Assembly: GCF_054482525.1 (NCBI RefSeq)
Contig: NZ_CM137006.1
Reading direction: 5' to 3' (one strand)
DNA: 64,000 nucleotides
The position numbers were made by a program, and so were the translations under genes. The notes under the pieces are model-generated. The model had not been told where the DNA came from and did not search any database. It was given only the letters and a program-made list of their open reading frames with translations. Of this stretch, positions 46,816 through 57,535 are shown piece after piece; the stretch's first letter is position 1; each line of letters opens with the position of its first letter.

Positions 46816-48039
46816 TCAATGCGCATGGGTAGCACTTTCAGAGCGCATCCGCTCCAGTGCGCCAGAAATATTGGCTTCGGAATCAATCAGGAACAGGCCG
46901 CTGGAAACCACCTTTTCACCTTCCGCCAGACCAGAGCGTAATGCGGTGACGCCTTGCGATGCCTGGAAAACGGCAACGCGTTTCGGTACAAAGCGCCCGT
47001 CGGCATCAACGGTAATCACCCGCTGTTCGCTGCCGGTATCAATCAGCGCTTGTGACGGAATGAGCAGCATCGGTTCGCTGGCGGTGTTGAGTTGCAACCA
47101 GGCGTTCATTCCCGGCTTTAGCGCCTCGTCGGTGTTGTCGACTTCCAGGCGCAGCTGCAGCGTGCGGGTTGCGGCATCCACGCCGGGTAGCAGCGTCCAT
47201 TTGCGGATGGTGAGTGTTTTATCAGGTCGCGCCGGAACGGTGAGCGTAAACTGCGAGGCATCTTTCACCAGCCAGGCGATGGACTCCGGGATCGCGGCAG
47301 TGATCCACACCGGGTCCATACCCTGAATTTTCGCGACCACGTTATCTTTGGCGATATTCATTCCCGCGCGCAGATCAAACGCGGTGATCACGCCATCAAT
47401 GGGCGCTTTGAGCGTAAAGCGAGTCTGTATTTTTTGCGTGGCGATCAGGCGGCGAATATCCGCCTCCGGCATTCCCGCCAGTCGCAGTCGCTCAAGAATG
47501 CCTTCAGTCTGGGTCGCCGTACCGCCGGTTTCGCGCAGCAGTAAATACTCACTCTGCGCTTCCACCCAGTCGGGAATGGTCAGGTCGAGAAGCGGTGTGC
47601 CCTTTTGCACTTTATCGCCCACGGTAAGCGGATACACCTTGTCGATAAACCCGGCAGCGCGAGCCTGCACAATGGCATACTGATACTCGTTGTAACTGAC
47701 ATTCGCCGGGAAACTCTGGGCAAAAGTCAGCGGTCCGCGCGTGACGGTAGCCGTTTTCACCCCCAGATTCTGCGTCTGGGTCGGGTCAATGCGTACACCA
47801 GACGCAGAACTCTCTTCATCGGCATATTTCGGCACCAGATCCATATCCATAAACGGCGATTTACCTGGTTTATCGAACCGCGTATTGGGATACATCGGGT
47901 CGTACCAGAATAAGATTTTACGTTCTGCGGTCGGCGTTTTTTCTGCGGGCGGTTCAGCCTTTGCAAACCAGGTAAAACCTGCCGCAGAAATAATACCGCC
48001 CGCGATCATGCTGCCGATAATAAGCGCGATTTTTTTCAT
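46816..48039 (-). CDS. cusB: Cu/Ag efflux membrane fusion protein CusB
   Basis: 407-aa ORF with N-terminal anchor; follows cusF. Confidence 0.95.
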   Translation of the reverse strand: MKKIALIIGSMIAGGIISAAGFTWFAKAEPPAEKTPTAERKILFWYDPMYPNTRFDKPGKSPFMDMDLVPKYADEESSASGVRIDPTQTQNLGVKTATVTRGPLTFAQSFPANVSYNEYQYAIVQARAAGFIDKVYPLTVGDKVQKGTPLLDLTIPDWVEAQSEYLLLRETGGTATQTEGILERLRLAGMPEADIRRLIATQKIQTRFTLKAPIDGVITAFDLRAGMNIAKDNVVAKIQGMDPVWITAAIPESIAWLVKDASQFTLTVPARPDKTLTIRKWTLLPGVDAATRTLQLRLEVDNTDEALKPGMNAWLQLNTASEPMLLIPSQALIDTGSEQRVITVDADGRFVPKRVAVFQASQGVTALRSGLAEGEKVVSSGLFLIDSEANISGALERMRSESATHAH

Positions 48040-48054
48040 CTCATTAAACCTGGG

Positions 48055-48387
48055 TTACTGGCTGACTTTAATATCCTGTAATAAAGAAAGGTTGCCCTGC
48101 TGGACAAAATTAAACGCCACTTTGTCGCCGGTTTTAATTTCACTCATTTTCGTCTGCGGGGTGATGGTAAAGCGCATGGTCATCTCCGGCCAGTTCACGG
48201 CAGCAATCGGATCGTGATGGATGGTGATTTTTTTGCTTTCCAGATCAATACCTTTTACCACGCCAGTGGCGCTAATAACCTGTGGTTGTGCTTCGCTCAT
48301 GGTTTCATGATGATGTTCGTTAGCCTGGGCATTAAAGCCAATAACAGTAAACAGACTGAACATTACGACTTGCAGTGCTTTTTTCAT
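48055..48387 (-). CDS. cusF: Periplasmic copper chaperone CusF
   Basis: 110-aa ORF with signal peptide and metal-binding H/M/W residues. Confidence 0.95.
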   Translation of the reverse strand: MKKALQVVMFSLFTVIGFNAQANEHHHETMSEAQPQVISATGVVKGIDLESKKITIHHDPIAAVNWPEMTMRFTITPQTKMSEIKTGDKVAFNFVQQGNLSLLQDIKVSQ

Positions 48388-48408
48388 TTATTCTCTCCTG
48401 GAGTTAAA

Positions 48409-48535
48409 AGTCATACTCTAAATAATTCGAGTTGCAGGAAGGCGACAAGCGAGTGAGTCCCCAGGAGCTTACATAAGTAAGTGACTGGGGTGAGCGAACG
48501 CAGACGCAGCACATGCAACTTGAAGTATGACGAGT
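48409..48535. repeat. ERIC/IRU element (enterobacterial repetitive intergenic consensus, ~127 bp)
   Basis: Core gagtccccaggagcttacataagtaagtgactggggtgagcgaacgcag with inverted termini aagtcatactc / gtatgacgag, between cusC and cusF. Confidence 0.7.
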
Positions 48536-48544
48536 ATATTGCTG

Positions 48545-49918
48545 TCAACCGCCACCAAGTGCGGCATATAAAGAAATTTCGTTAACCTGACGGGCATAAT
48601 TCAGGTCAAGTAAAGTTTGTCGGGTTGCAAATAAAGAACGTTCGGCATCCAGCACTTCCAGATAGCTTACTGCGCCGTGCTGATATAATGCCCGCGCCCG
48701 TTGCAAAGTAATTTGCAGCGACGCCAGATAACGCTGCTGGGCGCTGATTTGATCGTTCAGGCTTTGACGTAATGCCAGCGCATCTGCCACTTCTTTAAAG
48801 GCGTTCTGGATTTTCTGTTCATAATTCACCACCGATTGCTGCTGGCGAATTTCGGCGATATCCAGATTGGCCTGGTTGCGTCCGGCATTAAAAATGGGGA
48901 TCTCAATTTTAGGAATAAAATTCCACATCCCGCTGCTGGCGTTAAATAATGACGACAGATCGCTGCTGGCGGTTGATATTCCGCTGGTCAGGCTTATAGA
49001 TGGGAAAAATGCCGCGCGTGCGGCCCCAATATTGGCATTAGCCGCCATTAACGCGTGTTCAGCTTCCATAATATCCGGGCGCTGCAATAAGATTTGCGAC
49101 GACAAGCCCGCCGGTAATTTAACGCTTTGCAGGCTGTCGCTGTTTACTGTCTGCGCTTGCGGCAGCTTGCCGTAGCTTCCCAATAACAGTTGCAATGCAT
49201 TATTCGCCTGCGCCAGTTCCCCCTGACGTTTAGCGATGTCGCTGCGGGTACTTTCAATCACCCCGCGAGCCTGTTCCAGCGCCAGAACATTGCTGCTACC
49301 TGTCAACAGTTGTTTTTCGACAAACGCATATGACTGCTGATAATTACGCAGCGTTTCTTCGGCGATTTGCAATTGCGCATACGCCAGCTGCTGATTGAAA
49401 TAGCTTTGCGCGACATTAGAAACCAGCAGAATATGCACCGCGCGCTGGGCTTCCTCAGTGGCTAAATAATTTTGGCGCTCGGCTTCGCTCATGTTCTTTA
49501 AGCGACCGAAAAAATCGAGATCAAAGCTGGCGTTAAGGCCAGTCGAGAACTCCCGCGTCGTGGCTGAATCGCCTTTAAGATTGCCGCTCCAGCTGCCGCT
49601 GCCCTCGCCATTGAGCTGTGGGTAGCGGTCGGCATCGGTCAGACGATATTGCGCCCGCGCTTCCTGCACTTTCAGCGTCGCCATGCGCAAATCCCGGTTA
49701 TTCACCAGCGCCTCGCTAATCAGCGTCTTCACCTGATTATCAACAAAAAAGGTGCGCCAGCCCGCGTTCTGGTAGTTATCTGCTGCGTTAACCAGGCCGT
49801 TCTGGTTGAGTGAGAACTGCTGCGGCACGGGCATTGCCGGGCGCTGATAATCCGGTGCCAGTGAACAACCGGTTAGCGCAAGGGCCACACAAAATGGCAG
49901 AAGTTTACAAGGAGACAT
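48545..49918 (-). CDS. cusC: Outer-membrane efflux lipoprotein CusC (TolC family)
   Basis: 457-aa ORF with lipobox LALTGCSLAP. Confidence 0.95.
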   Translation of the reverse strand: MSPCKLLPFCVALALTGCSLAPDYQRPAMPVPQQFSLNQNGLVNAADNYQNAGWRTFFVDNQVKTLISEALVNNRDLRMATLKVQEARAQYRLTDADRYPQLNGEGSGSWSGNLKGDSATTREFSTGLNASFDLDFFGRLKNMSEAERQNYLATEEAQRAVHILLVSNVAQSYFNQQLAYAQLQIAEETLRNYQQSYAFVEKQLLTGSSNVLALEQARGVIESTRSDIAKRQGELAQANNALQLLLGSYGKLPQAQTVNSDSLQSVKLPAGLSSQILLQRPDIMEAEHALMAANANIGAARAAFFPSISLTSGISTASSDLSSLFNASSGMWNFIPKIEIPIFNAGRNQANLDIAEIRQQQSVVNYEQKIQNAFKEVADALALRQSLNDQISAQQRYLASLQITLQRARALYQHGAVSYLEVLDAERSLFATRQTLLDLNYARQVNEISLYAALGGG

Positions 49919-49987
49919 AGGCTCATAATTTCTGGTGATTTTATGCCGCCAACTTTACTCGCCAGGCTCTGATTTTCCGGTGACAGG

Positions 49988-50009
49988 AAAATGACAAAAT
50001 TGTCATTTT
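49988..50009. promoter_or_regulatory. CusR box (perfect palindrome) in cusC/cusR divergent promoter region
   Basis: AAAATGACAAAATTGTCATTTT, an exact inverted repeat; matches the CusR recognition sequence as I recall it. Confidence 0.65.
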
Positions 50010-50074
50010 GCCAATAAGCGATTGCCATCTGATCCCGCTACTCTAGAATTGCCCGGGCAACATGCGGAGGAAAT

Positions 50075-50758
50075 ATGAAACTGTTGATTGTCGAAGATGA
50101 AAAGAAAACCGGAGAATACTTGACCAAAGGGTTAACCGAAGCCGGTTTTGTGGTCGATTTGGCCGACAACGGGCTGAATGGCTACCATCTGGCGATGACC
50201 GGTGATTATGACCTGATAATCCTCGATATTATGCTGCCGGACGTGAACGGCTGGGATATCGTGCGCATGTTGCGCTCCGCCAATAAAGGGATGCCGATTC
50301 TGTTGCTTACCGCGCTTGGCACCATTGAACATCGCGTCAAGGGGCTGGAGTTGGGGGCAGATGACTACCTGGTGAAGCCGTTCGCTTTTGCTGAACTGCT
50401 GGCGCGGGTGCGCACTCTACTGCGGCGCGGGGCGGCGGTGATTATCGAAAGTCAGTTTCAGGTTGCCGATCTGATGGTCGATCTCGTCAGCCGCAAAGTC
50501 ACCCGCAGCGGTACGCGCATCACTCTGACCAGTAAAGAGTTTACTCTGCTGGAGTTTTTCCTTCGCCATCAGGGCGAAGTGCTGCCCCGCTCGCTTATCG
50601 CCTCGCAGGTATGGGACATGAATTTTGACAGCGATACCAACGCTATTGATGTGGCGGTGAAGCGGCTACGCGGCAAAATCGACAACGACTTTGAGCCGAA
50701 GCTAATTCAGACCGTGCGCGGCGTGGGTTACATGCTTGAGGTGCCGGATGGTCAGTAA
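50075..50758 (+). CDS. cusR: Copper-responsive response regulator CusR (OmpR family)
   Basis: 227-aa [23 protein letters not shown]... with receiver and winged-helix domains. Confidence 0.95.
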
Positions 50759-52190
50759 GCCATTTCAGCGCCCGTTTTCGCTGGCAACCCGCCTGACCTT
50801 TTTTATCAGCCTGGCCACCATCGCGGCTTTTTTCGCCTTTGCATGGATCATGATCCACTCAGTAAAAGTGCATTTTGCCGAGCAGGATATTAATGATTTA
50901 AAAGAAATTAGCGCCACCCTTGAACGGGTACTTAATCATCCTGACGAGACGCAAGCCCGACGCTTAATGACGCTGGAAGATATCGTCAGTGGTTATTCCA
51001 ATGTGTTGATTTCCCTGGCAGATAGCCACGGTAAAACGGTGTATCACTCCCCCGGTGCGCCGGATATCCGTGAGTTTACGCGTGACGCCATACCCGATAA
51101 AGACACGCGGGGCGGCGAGGTGTATCTCCTTTCCGGCCCGACGATTATGATGCCAGGGCACGGTCACGGGCATATGGAACACAGCAACTGGCGGATGATT
51201 AACTTGCCAGTTGGCCCGTTGGTGGACGGCAAACCGATTTATACGCTTTACATCGCGCTTTCGATCGATTTTCATCTTCATTACATAAATGATTTGATGA
51301 ATAAACTTATTATGACCGCATCGATCATCAGCATCCTGATCGTCTTTATCGTGCTATTGGCGGTACATAAAGGTCACTCGCCGATCCGCAGCGTCAGCCG
51401 TCAAATCCAGAACATTACCTCGAAAGATCTAGACGTTCGCCTTGACCCGCAGACCGTGCCGATTGAGCTGGAACAGTTGGTACTGTCGTTCAACCATATG
51501 ATCGAGCGTATTGAGGATGTCTTTACCCGCCAGTCCAATTTCTCAGCGGATATCGCCCACGAAATTCGTACACCAATTACGAATCTCATAACGCAAACCG
51601 AAATCGCCCTCAGCCAGTCGCGCAGCCAGAAGGAACTGGAAGATGTGCTCTACTCTAATCTCGAAGAGCTGACGCGAATGGCGAAAATGGTCAGCGATAT
51701 GCTGTTTCTCGCTCAGGCCGATAACAACCAGTTAATCCCCGAAAAGAAAATGCTCAACCTGGCGGATGAAATCGGCAAAGTGTTCGATTTTTTCGAGGCG
51801 CTAGCGGAAGATCGCGGCGTGGAACTGCGGTTTGTTGGCGACAAGTGTCAGGTCGCGGGCGATCCGCTGATGCTGCGTCGGGCGTTAAGCAACCTGCTTT
51901 CTAATGCCCTGCGTTATACGCCCCCCGGAGAGGCAATTGTAGTGCGCTGCCAGACGGTCGATCACCAGGTGCAAATTACCGTCGAAAACCCCGGTACGCC
52001 CATTGAGCCCGAACACTTACCGCGATTGTTTGACCGTTTCTATCGCGTTGACCCCTCCCGCCAGCGAAAAGGTGAAGGTAGCGGTATTGGCCTGGCGATA
52101 GTGAAATCGATTGTTGTCGCACATAAAGGCACGGTTGCCGTAACGTCAGATGCGCGGGGAACAAGGTTTATTATCACATTACCCGCTTAA
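50748..52190 (+). CDS. cusS: Copper sensor histidine kinase CusS
   Basis: ORF 50736-52190; start at [16 protein letters not shown] gives 480 aa; H-box [10 protein letters not shown]. Confidence 0.9.
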
Positions 52191-52339
52191 TTATTCAGCA
52201 AACGGCAACTTTTATAACCAGTGTAAAAATAACGTGCCGCAATAGTCATACCTATTAATGATAAAAAGCTGTCACAATTCATAAAAAACCTTAATATACG
52301 CCACCCTAAACATAACCAGCGTTAATGTAAGGTTTTTGT

Positions 52340-54576
52340 GTGGACTGGCTTCTTGATGTTTTTGCTACCTGGCTCTACGGCTTAAAAGTAATCGCGATAA
52401 CGTTAGCGGTCATCATGTTCATCAGCGGGCTGGACGATTTTTTTATTGATGTCGTCTACTGGGTACGCCGCATTAAACGCAAGTTGAGTGTTTATCGCCG
52501 CTACCCGCGAATGAGTTACCGCGAACTGTATAAACCAGATGAAAAACCGTTAGCGATTATGGTTCCGGCGTGGAATGAAACGGGCGTCATCGGCAATATG
52601 GCCGAGCTGGCGGCGACCACGCTCGACTATGAAAACTATCATATCTTTGTTGGCACCTACCCCAACGACCCCGATACTCAGCGTGATGTTGACGAAGTGT
52701 GCGCTCGCTTCCCAAACGTGCATAAGGTAGTCTGCGCGCGTCCTGGCCCCACCAGCAAAGCCGACTGCCTGAACAACGTGCTGGACGCCATCACCCAGTT
52801 TGAGCGTAGCGCCAATTTCGCATTTGCTGGTTTTATTCTGCATGACGCCGAAGATGTGATTTCACCGATGGAATTGCGTCTGTTCAACTATCTGGTCGAG
52901 CGTAAAGATCTGATTCAGATCCCGGTGTACCCATTCGAACGCGAATGGACGCACTTCACCAGCATGACTTACATTGATGAGTTTTCAGAACTGCATGGCA
53001 AAGATGTTCCGGTGCGTGAAGCCCTTGCCGGACAGGTGCCCAGCGCAGGCGTCGGCACCTGTTTCAGCCGCCGCGCCGTGACCGCACTGTTAGCTGACGG
53101 TGACGGTATTGCTTTCGACGTGCAGAGTCTTACTGAAGATTACGACATTGGTTTCCGCCTGAAAGAAAAAGGTATGACGGAAATTTTTGTCCGTTTTCCG
53201 GTGGTGGACGAAGCCAAAGAACGCGAGCAGCGTAAATTTTTACAGCACGCGCGGACGTCAAACATGATCTGCGTGCGCGAATATTTCCCCGATACCTTTT
53301 CGACTGCGGTTCGACAAAAATCTCGCTGGATCATCGGCATTGTTTTCCAGGGCTTTAAAACCCACAAATGGACCTCCAGTCTGACGCTGAACTACTTTCT
53401 CTGGCGCGACCGCAAAGGGGCAATCAGTAACTTTGTCAGCTTCCTCGCGATGCTGGTGATGATCCAGCTTTTGCTGTTGCTGGTGTATGAAAGTTTGTGG
53501 CCCGATGCCTGGCATTTCCTTTCTATTTTCAGCGGCAGCGCATGGTTAATGACTCTGCTGTGGCTAAACTTTGGCTTGATGATTAACCGCATCGTGCAGC
53601 GGGTGATTTTCGTTACTGGCTACTACGGCCTGACGCAGGGGCTGCTATCTGTCCTGCGTCTTTTCTGGGGCAACCTGATTAACTTCATGGCCAACTGGCG
53701 CGCGTTAAAACAGGTACTTCAACACGGCGATCCACGTCGCGTCGCGTGGGATAAAACAACGCATGACTTCCCCAGCGTGACTGGCGATACCCGCTCGTTG
53801 CGTCCGTTAGGTCAAATCCTGCTGGAAAATCAGGTCATCACTGAAGAACAACTCGATACAGCACTGCGTAATCGCGTCGAAGGTCTACGCCTGGGCGGTT
53901 CAATGCTGATGCAGGGGCTGATTAGCGCCGAACAGCTGGCACAGGCGCTGGCAGAGCAAAACGGCGTGGCGTGGGAATCCATCGACGCCTGGCAGATCCC
54001 GTCCTCGCTGATTGCCGAAATGCCGGCCTCCGTGGCGCTGCATTATGCAGTGCTGCCGCTGCGTCTGGAAAATGATGTGTTAATTGTCGGCAGTGAAGAT
54101 GGTATTGACCCGGTTTCGCTGGCAGCCCTGACGCGTAAAGTCGGACGCAAAGTGCGTTACGTCATTGTTCTGCGGGACAAATTGTCACGGGGTTACGTCA
54201 CTGGTATGCACGCCGACGCGGTCACGATCCGCGGGCAATGTTGTACAATGCGGTTCAGCATCAGTGGCTCACGGAACAGCAGGCCGGTGAAATCTGGCGG
54301 CAATATGTGCCGCATCAGTTCCTGTTCGCCGAAATACTGACCACGCTCGGTCATATTAATCGTTCAGCAATTAACGTGTTGTTATTGCGCCATGAACGCA
54401 GTTCTCTGCCGCTCGGCAAGTTTTTGGTCACCGAAGGCGTTATCAGCCAGGAAACGTTGGATCGCGTCCTGACAATTCAACGCGAATTACAAGTTTCGAT
54501 GCAATCACTATTACTCAAAGCAGGTTTAAACACAGAACAGGTTGCGCAACTGGAGTCCGAAAATGAAGGAGAATAA
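52340..54576 (+). pseudogene. nfrB: nfrB (glycosyltransferase with C-terminal MshEN-like c-di-GMP-binding region, phage N4 susceptibility), interrupted by a frameshift
   Basis: 666-aa frame ends at 54340 in Cys/Ser-rich read-through; a second frame (protein-like from about 54238 to 54576) carries a further MshEN-like motif LPLGKFLVTEGVISQETLDRVL. Total span is 2237 nt, one base short of 745 codons plus stop. Confidence 0.65.
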
Positions 54577-57535
54577 CCTTAATCGCGTCATCGGATGGTC
54601 TGGTTTACTGCTGACGTCTTTATTGAGTACCAGCGCACTCGCAGACAATATCGGCACCAGCGCAGAAGAGCTGGGGCTGAGCGATTATCGCCATTTTGTT
54701 ATTTATCCCCGTCTCGACAAGGCGCTGAAGGCACAGAAAAATAACGACGAAGCAACCGCCATCCGCGAATTTGAATATATACACCAGCAGGTGCCGGATA
54801 ATATTCCGCTAACTTTATACCTTGCGGAAGCCTATCGCCATTTTGGTCATGATGCCCGGGCGCGGCTGTTGCTTGAGGATCAACTGAAACGTCACCCAGG
54901 AGATGCCCGACTTGAGCGCAGTCTGGCGGCTATTCCAGTTGAAGTGAAAAGCGTTACGACTGTTGAAGAACTGCTTGCCCAGCAAAAAGCGTGCGACGCT
55001 GCGCCGACCCTGCGTTGTCGCAGTGAAGTTGGGCAGAATGCCCTGCGGCTGGCACAATTACCTGTCGCCAGAGCGCAACTGAACGATGCGACGTTTGCTG
55101 CATCGCCGGAAGGAAAAACGCTGCGAACCGATCTGCTGCAACGCGCAATCTACCTGAAACAATGGTCCCAGGCAGATACGCTATACAATGAAGCACGCCA
55201 GCAGAACACATTAAGCGCGGCAGAACGCCGCCAGTGGTTTGATGTGCTTCTTGCCGGGCAGCTGGACGATCGGATCCTGGCGCTGCAATCACAGGGGATC
55301 TTCACCGATCCTCAGTCATATATTACTTACGCGACCGCGCTGGCTTATCGTGGCGAAAAAGCACGCCTCCAGCGTTATCTCATTGAAAATACTCCGCTAT
55401 TTACCACGGACGCACAAGAGAAAAGTTGGCTCTATCTGTTATCTAAATACAGCGGCAACCCCGTTCAGGAGTTGGCGAATTATACGGTACAGTTTGCCGA
55501 CAACCGCCAGTATGTTGTTGGCGCGACGCTACCGGTGCTGTTAAAAGAAGGTCAGTACGACGCAGCGCAAAAACTGCTCGCCACCCTCCCCGCCAATGAA
55601 ATGCTTGAGGAGCGTTATACCGTTAGCGTAGCGACCCATAACAAGGCTGAAGCTCTGCGTCTGGCACGATTGCTGTATCAGCAAGAACCGGCAAATCTTA
55701 CCCGCCTGGATCAACTGACCTGGCAACTGATGCAGAACGAGCAGTCACGCGAAGCTGCCGATTTATTGCTGCAACGCTATCCTTTCCAGGGCGATGCGCG
55801 TGTCAGCCAGACTTTAATGGCGCGACTGGCGTCTCTGCTGGAAAGTCATCCTTACCTGGCAACGCCGGCGAAGGTGGCGATTTTATCGAAACCCTTACCG
55901 CTGGCGGAGCAACGTCAGTGGCAAAGTCAGTTGCCGGGTATTGCAGATAATTGCCCGGCAATAGTTCGCTTGCTGGGCGATATGTCGCCTTCCTACGATG
56001 CCGCCGCCTGGAACCGTCTGGCAAAGTGTTATCGGGACACGCTACCCGGTGTGGCGTTGTATGCATGGCTTCAGGCCGAACAACGACAACCGAACGCCTG
56101 GCAACATCGTGCGGTAGCCTATCAGGCGTATCAGGTTGAGGACTACGCCACCGCACTGGCGGCCTGGCAGAAAATCAGTCTTCACGACATGAGCAATGAG
56201 GATCTGCTTGCTGCTGCCAATACCGCCCAGGCGGCAGGAAATGGTGCGGCTCGCGATCGCTGGCTTCAGCAGGCAGAACAACGTGGGCTGGGAAACAATG
56301 CCCTCTACTGGTGGCTGCATGCGCAACGTTACATTCCTGGTCAGCCGGAACTCGCACTGAACGATCTCACGCGCTCAATCAATATTGCGCCTTCTGCCAA
56401 CGCTTACGTTGCGCGGGCGACAATTTATCGCCAACGTCATAATGTCCCGGCGGCGGTGAGTGATTTGCGCGCCGCTCTGGAACTGGAACCGAATAATAGC
56501 AACACCCAGGCAGCGCTCGGTTACGCCTTGTGGGATAGCGGTGATATCGCACAGTCGCGGGAAATGCTCGAACAGGCGCATAAAGGGCTACCGGACGATC
56601 CGGCACTTATCCGACAACTGGCCTACGTGAACCAGCGTCTGGATGACATGCCTGCGACGCAGCACTACGCCCGGCTGGTGATTGATGACATTGATAATCA
56701 GGCGCTGATAACCCCACTGACCCCAGAGCAAAATCAGCAACGCTTCAATTTCCGCCGTCTGCATGAGGAGGTCGGTCGCCGCTGGACGTTCAGTTTCGAT
56801 TCTTCTATCGGCTTGCGTTCCGGCGCAATGAGTACCGCTAACAATAATGTCGGCGGCGCAGCGCCAGGGAAAAGCTATCGTAGCTACGGGCAACTGGAAG
56901 CCGAGTACCGTATCGGACGCAATATGCTGCTGGAAGGCGACCTGCTCTCAGTTTATAGCCGCGTCTTTGCCGATACCGGTGAAAACGGGGTGATGATGCC
57001 GGTGAAAAATCCGATGTCCGGCACCGGTCTGCGCTGGAAGCCGCTGCGCGATCAGATCGTTTTCCTCGCCGTCGAACAGCAGTTGCCGCTGAACGGGCAA
57101 AATGGCGCATCCGATACCATGCTGCGCGCCAGCGCCTCATTCTTTAATGGCGGCAAATACAGCGACGAATGGCACCCGAACGGTTCAGGCTGGTTTGCCC
57201 AAAACCTGTACCTCGATGCGGCGCAATATGTCCGCCAGGATATTCAGGCGTGGACGGCAGATTATCGCGTAAGCTGGCATCAGAAGGTGGCGAACGGACA
57301 GACTATTGAGCCTTACGCTCACGTTCAGGACAACGGTTATCGTGATAAAGGCACTCAGGGCGCGCAGCTTGGCGGTGTCGGGGTCCGCTGGAATATCTGG
57401 ACCGGCGAGACGCACTACGACGCCTGGCCGCACAAACTCAGTCTCGGCATCGAATATCAACATACCTTTAAGGCGATTAATCAACGTAACGGAGAGCGCA
57501 ACAACGCGTTTCTCACCATTGGAGTGCACTGGTAA
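54563..57535 (+). CDS. nfrA: Outer-membrane protein NfrA (phage N4 receptor, TPR-containing)
   Basis: ORF 54542-57535; start at MKENNLNRVIGWSGLLL gives 990 aa; start overlaps the nfrB frame-B stop. Confidence 0.9.
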   Translation: MKENNLNRVIGWSGLLLTSLLSTSALADNIGTSAEELGLSDYRHFVIYPRLDKALKAQKNNDEATAIREFEYIHQQVPDNIPLTLYLAEAYRHFGHDARARLLLEDQLKRHPGDARLERSLAAIPVEVKSVTTVEELLAQQKACDAAPTLRCRSEVGQNALRLAQLPVARAQLNDATFAASPEGKTLRTDLLQRAIYLKQWSQADTLYNEARQQNTLSAAERRQWFDVLLAGQLDDRILALQSQGIFTDPQSYITYATALAYRGEKARLQRYLIENTPLFTTDAQEKSWLYLLSKYSGNPVQELANYTVQFADNRQYVVGATLPVLLKEGQYDAAQKLLATLPANEMLEERYTVSVATHNKAEALRLARLLYQQEPANLTRLDQLTWQLMQNEQSREAADLLLQRYPFQGDARVSQTLMARLASLLESHPYLATPAKVAILSKPLPLAEQRQWQSQLPGIADNCPAIVRLLGDMSPSYDAAAWNRLAKCYRDTLPGVALYAWLQAEQRQPNAWQHRAVAYQAYQVEDYATALAAWQKISLHDMSNEDLLAAANTAQAAGNGAARDRWLQQAEQRGLGNNALYWWLHAQRYIPGQPELALNDLTRSINIAPSANAYVARATIYRQRHNVPAAVSDLRAALELEPNNSNTQAALGYALWDSGDIAQSREMLEQAHKGLPDDPALIRQLAYVNQRLDDMPATQHYARLVIDDIDNQALITPLTPEQNQQRFNFRRLHEEVGRRWTFSFDSSIGLRSGAMSTANNNVGGAAPGKSYRSYGQLEAEYRIGRNMLLEGDLLSVYSRVFADTGENGVMMPVKNPMSGTGLRWKPLRDQIVFLAVEQQLPLNGQNGASDTMLRASASFFNGGKYSDEWHPNGSGWFAQNLYLDAAQYVRQDIQAWTADYRVSWHQKVANGQTIEPYAHVQDNGYRDKGTQGAQLGGVGVRWNIWTGETHYDAWPHKLSLGIEYQHTFKAINQRNGERNNAFLTIGVHW

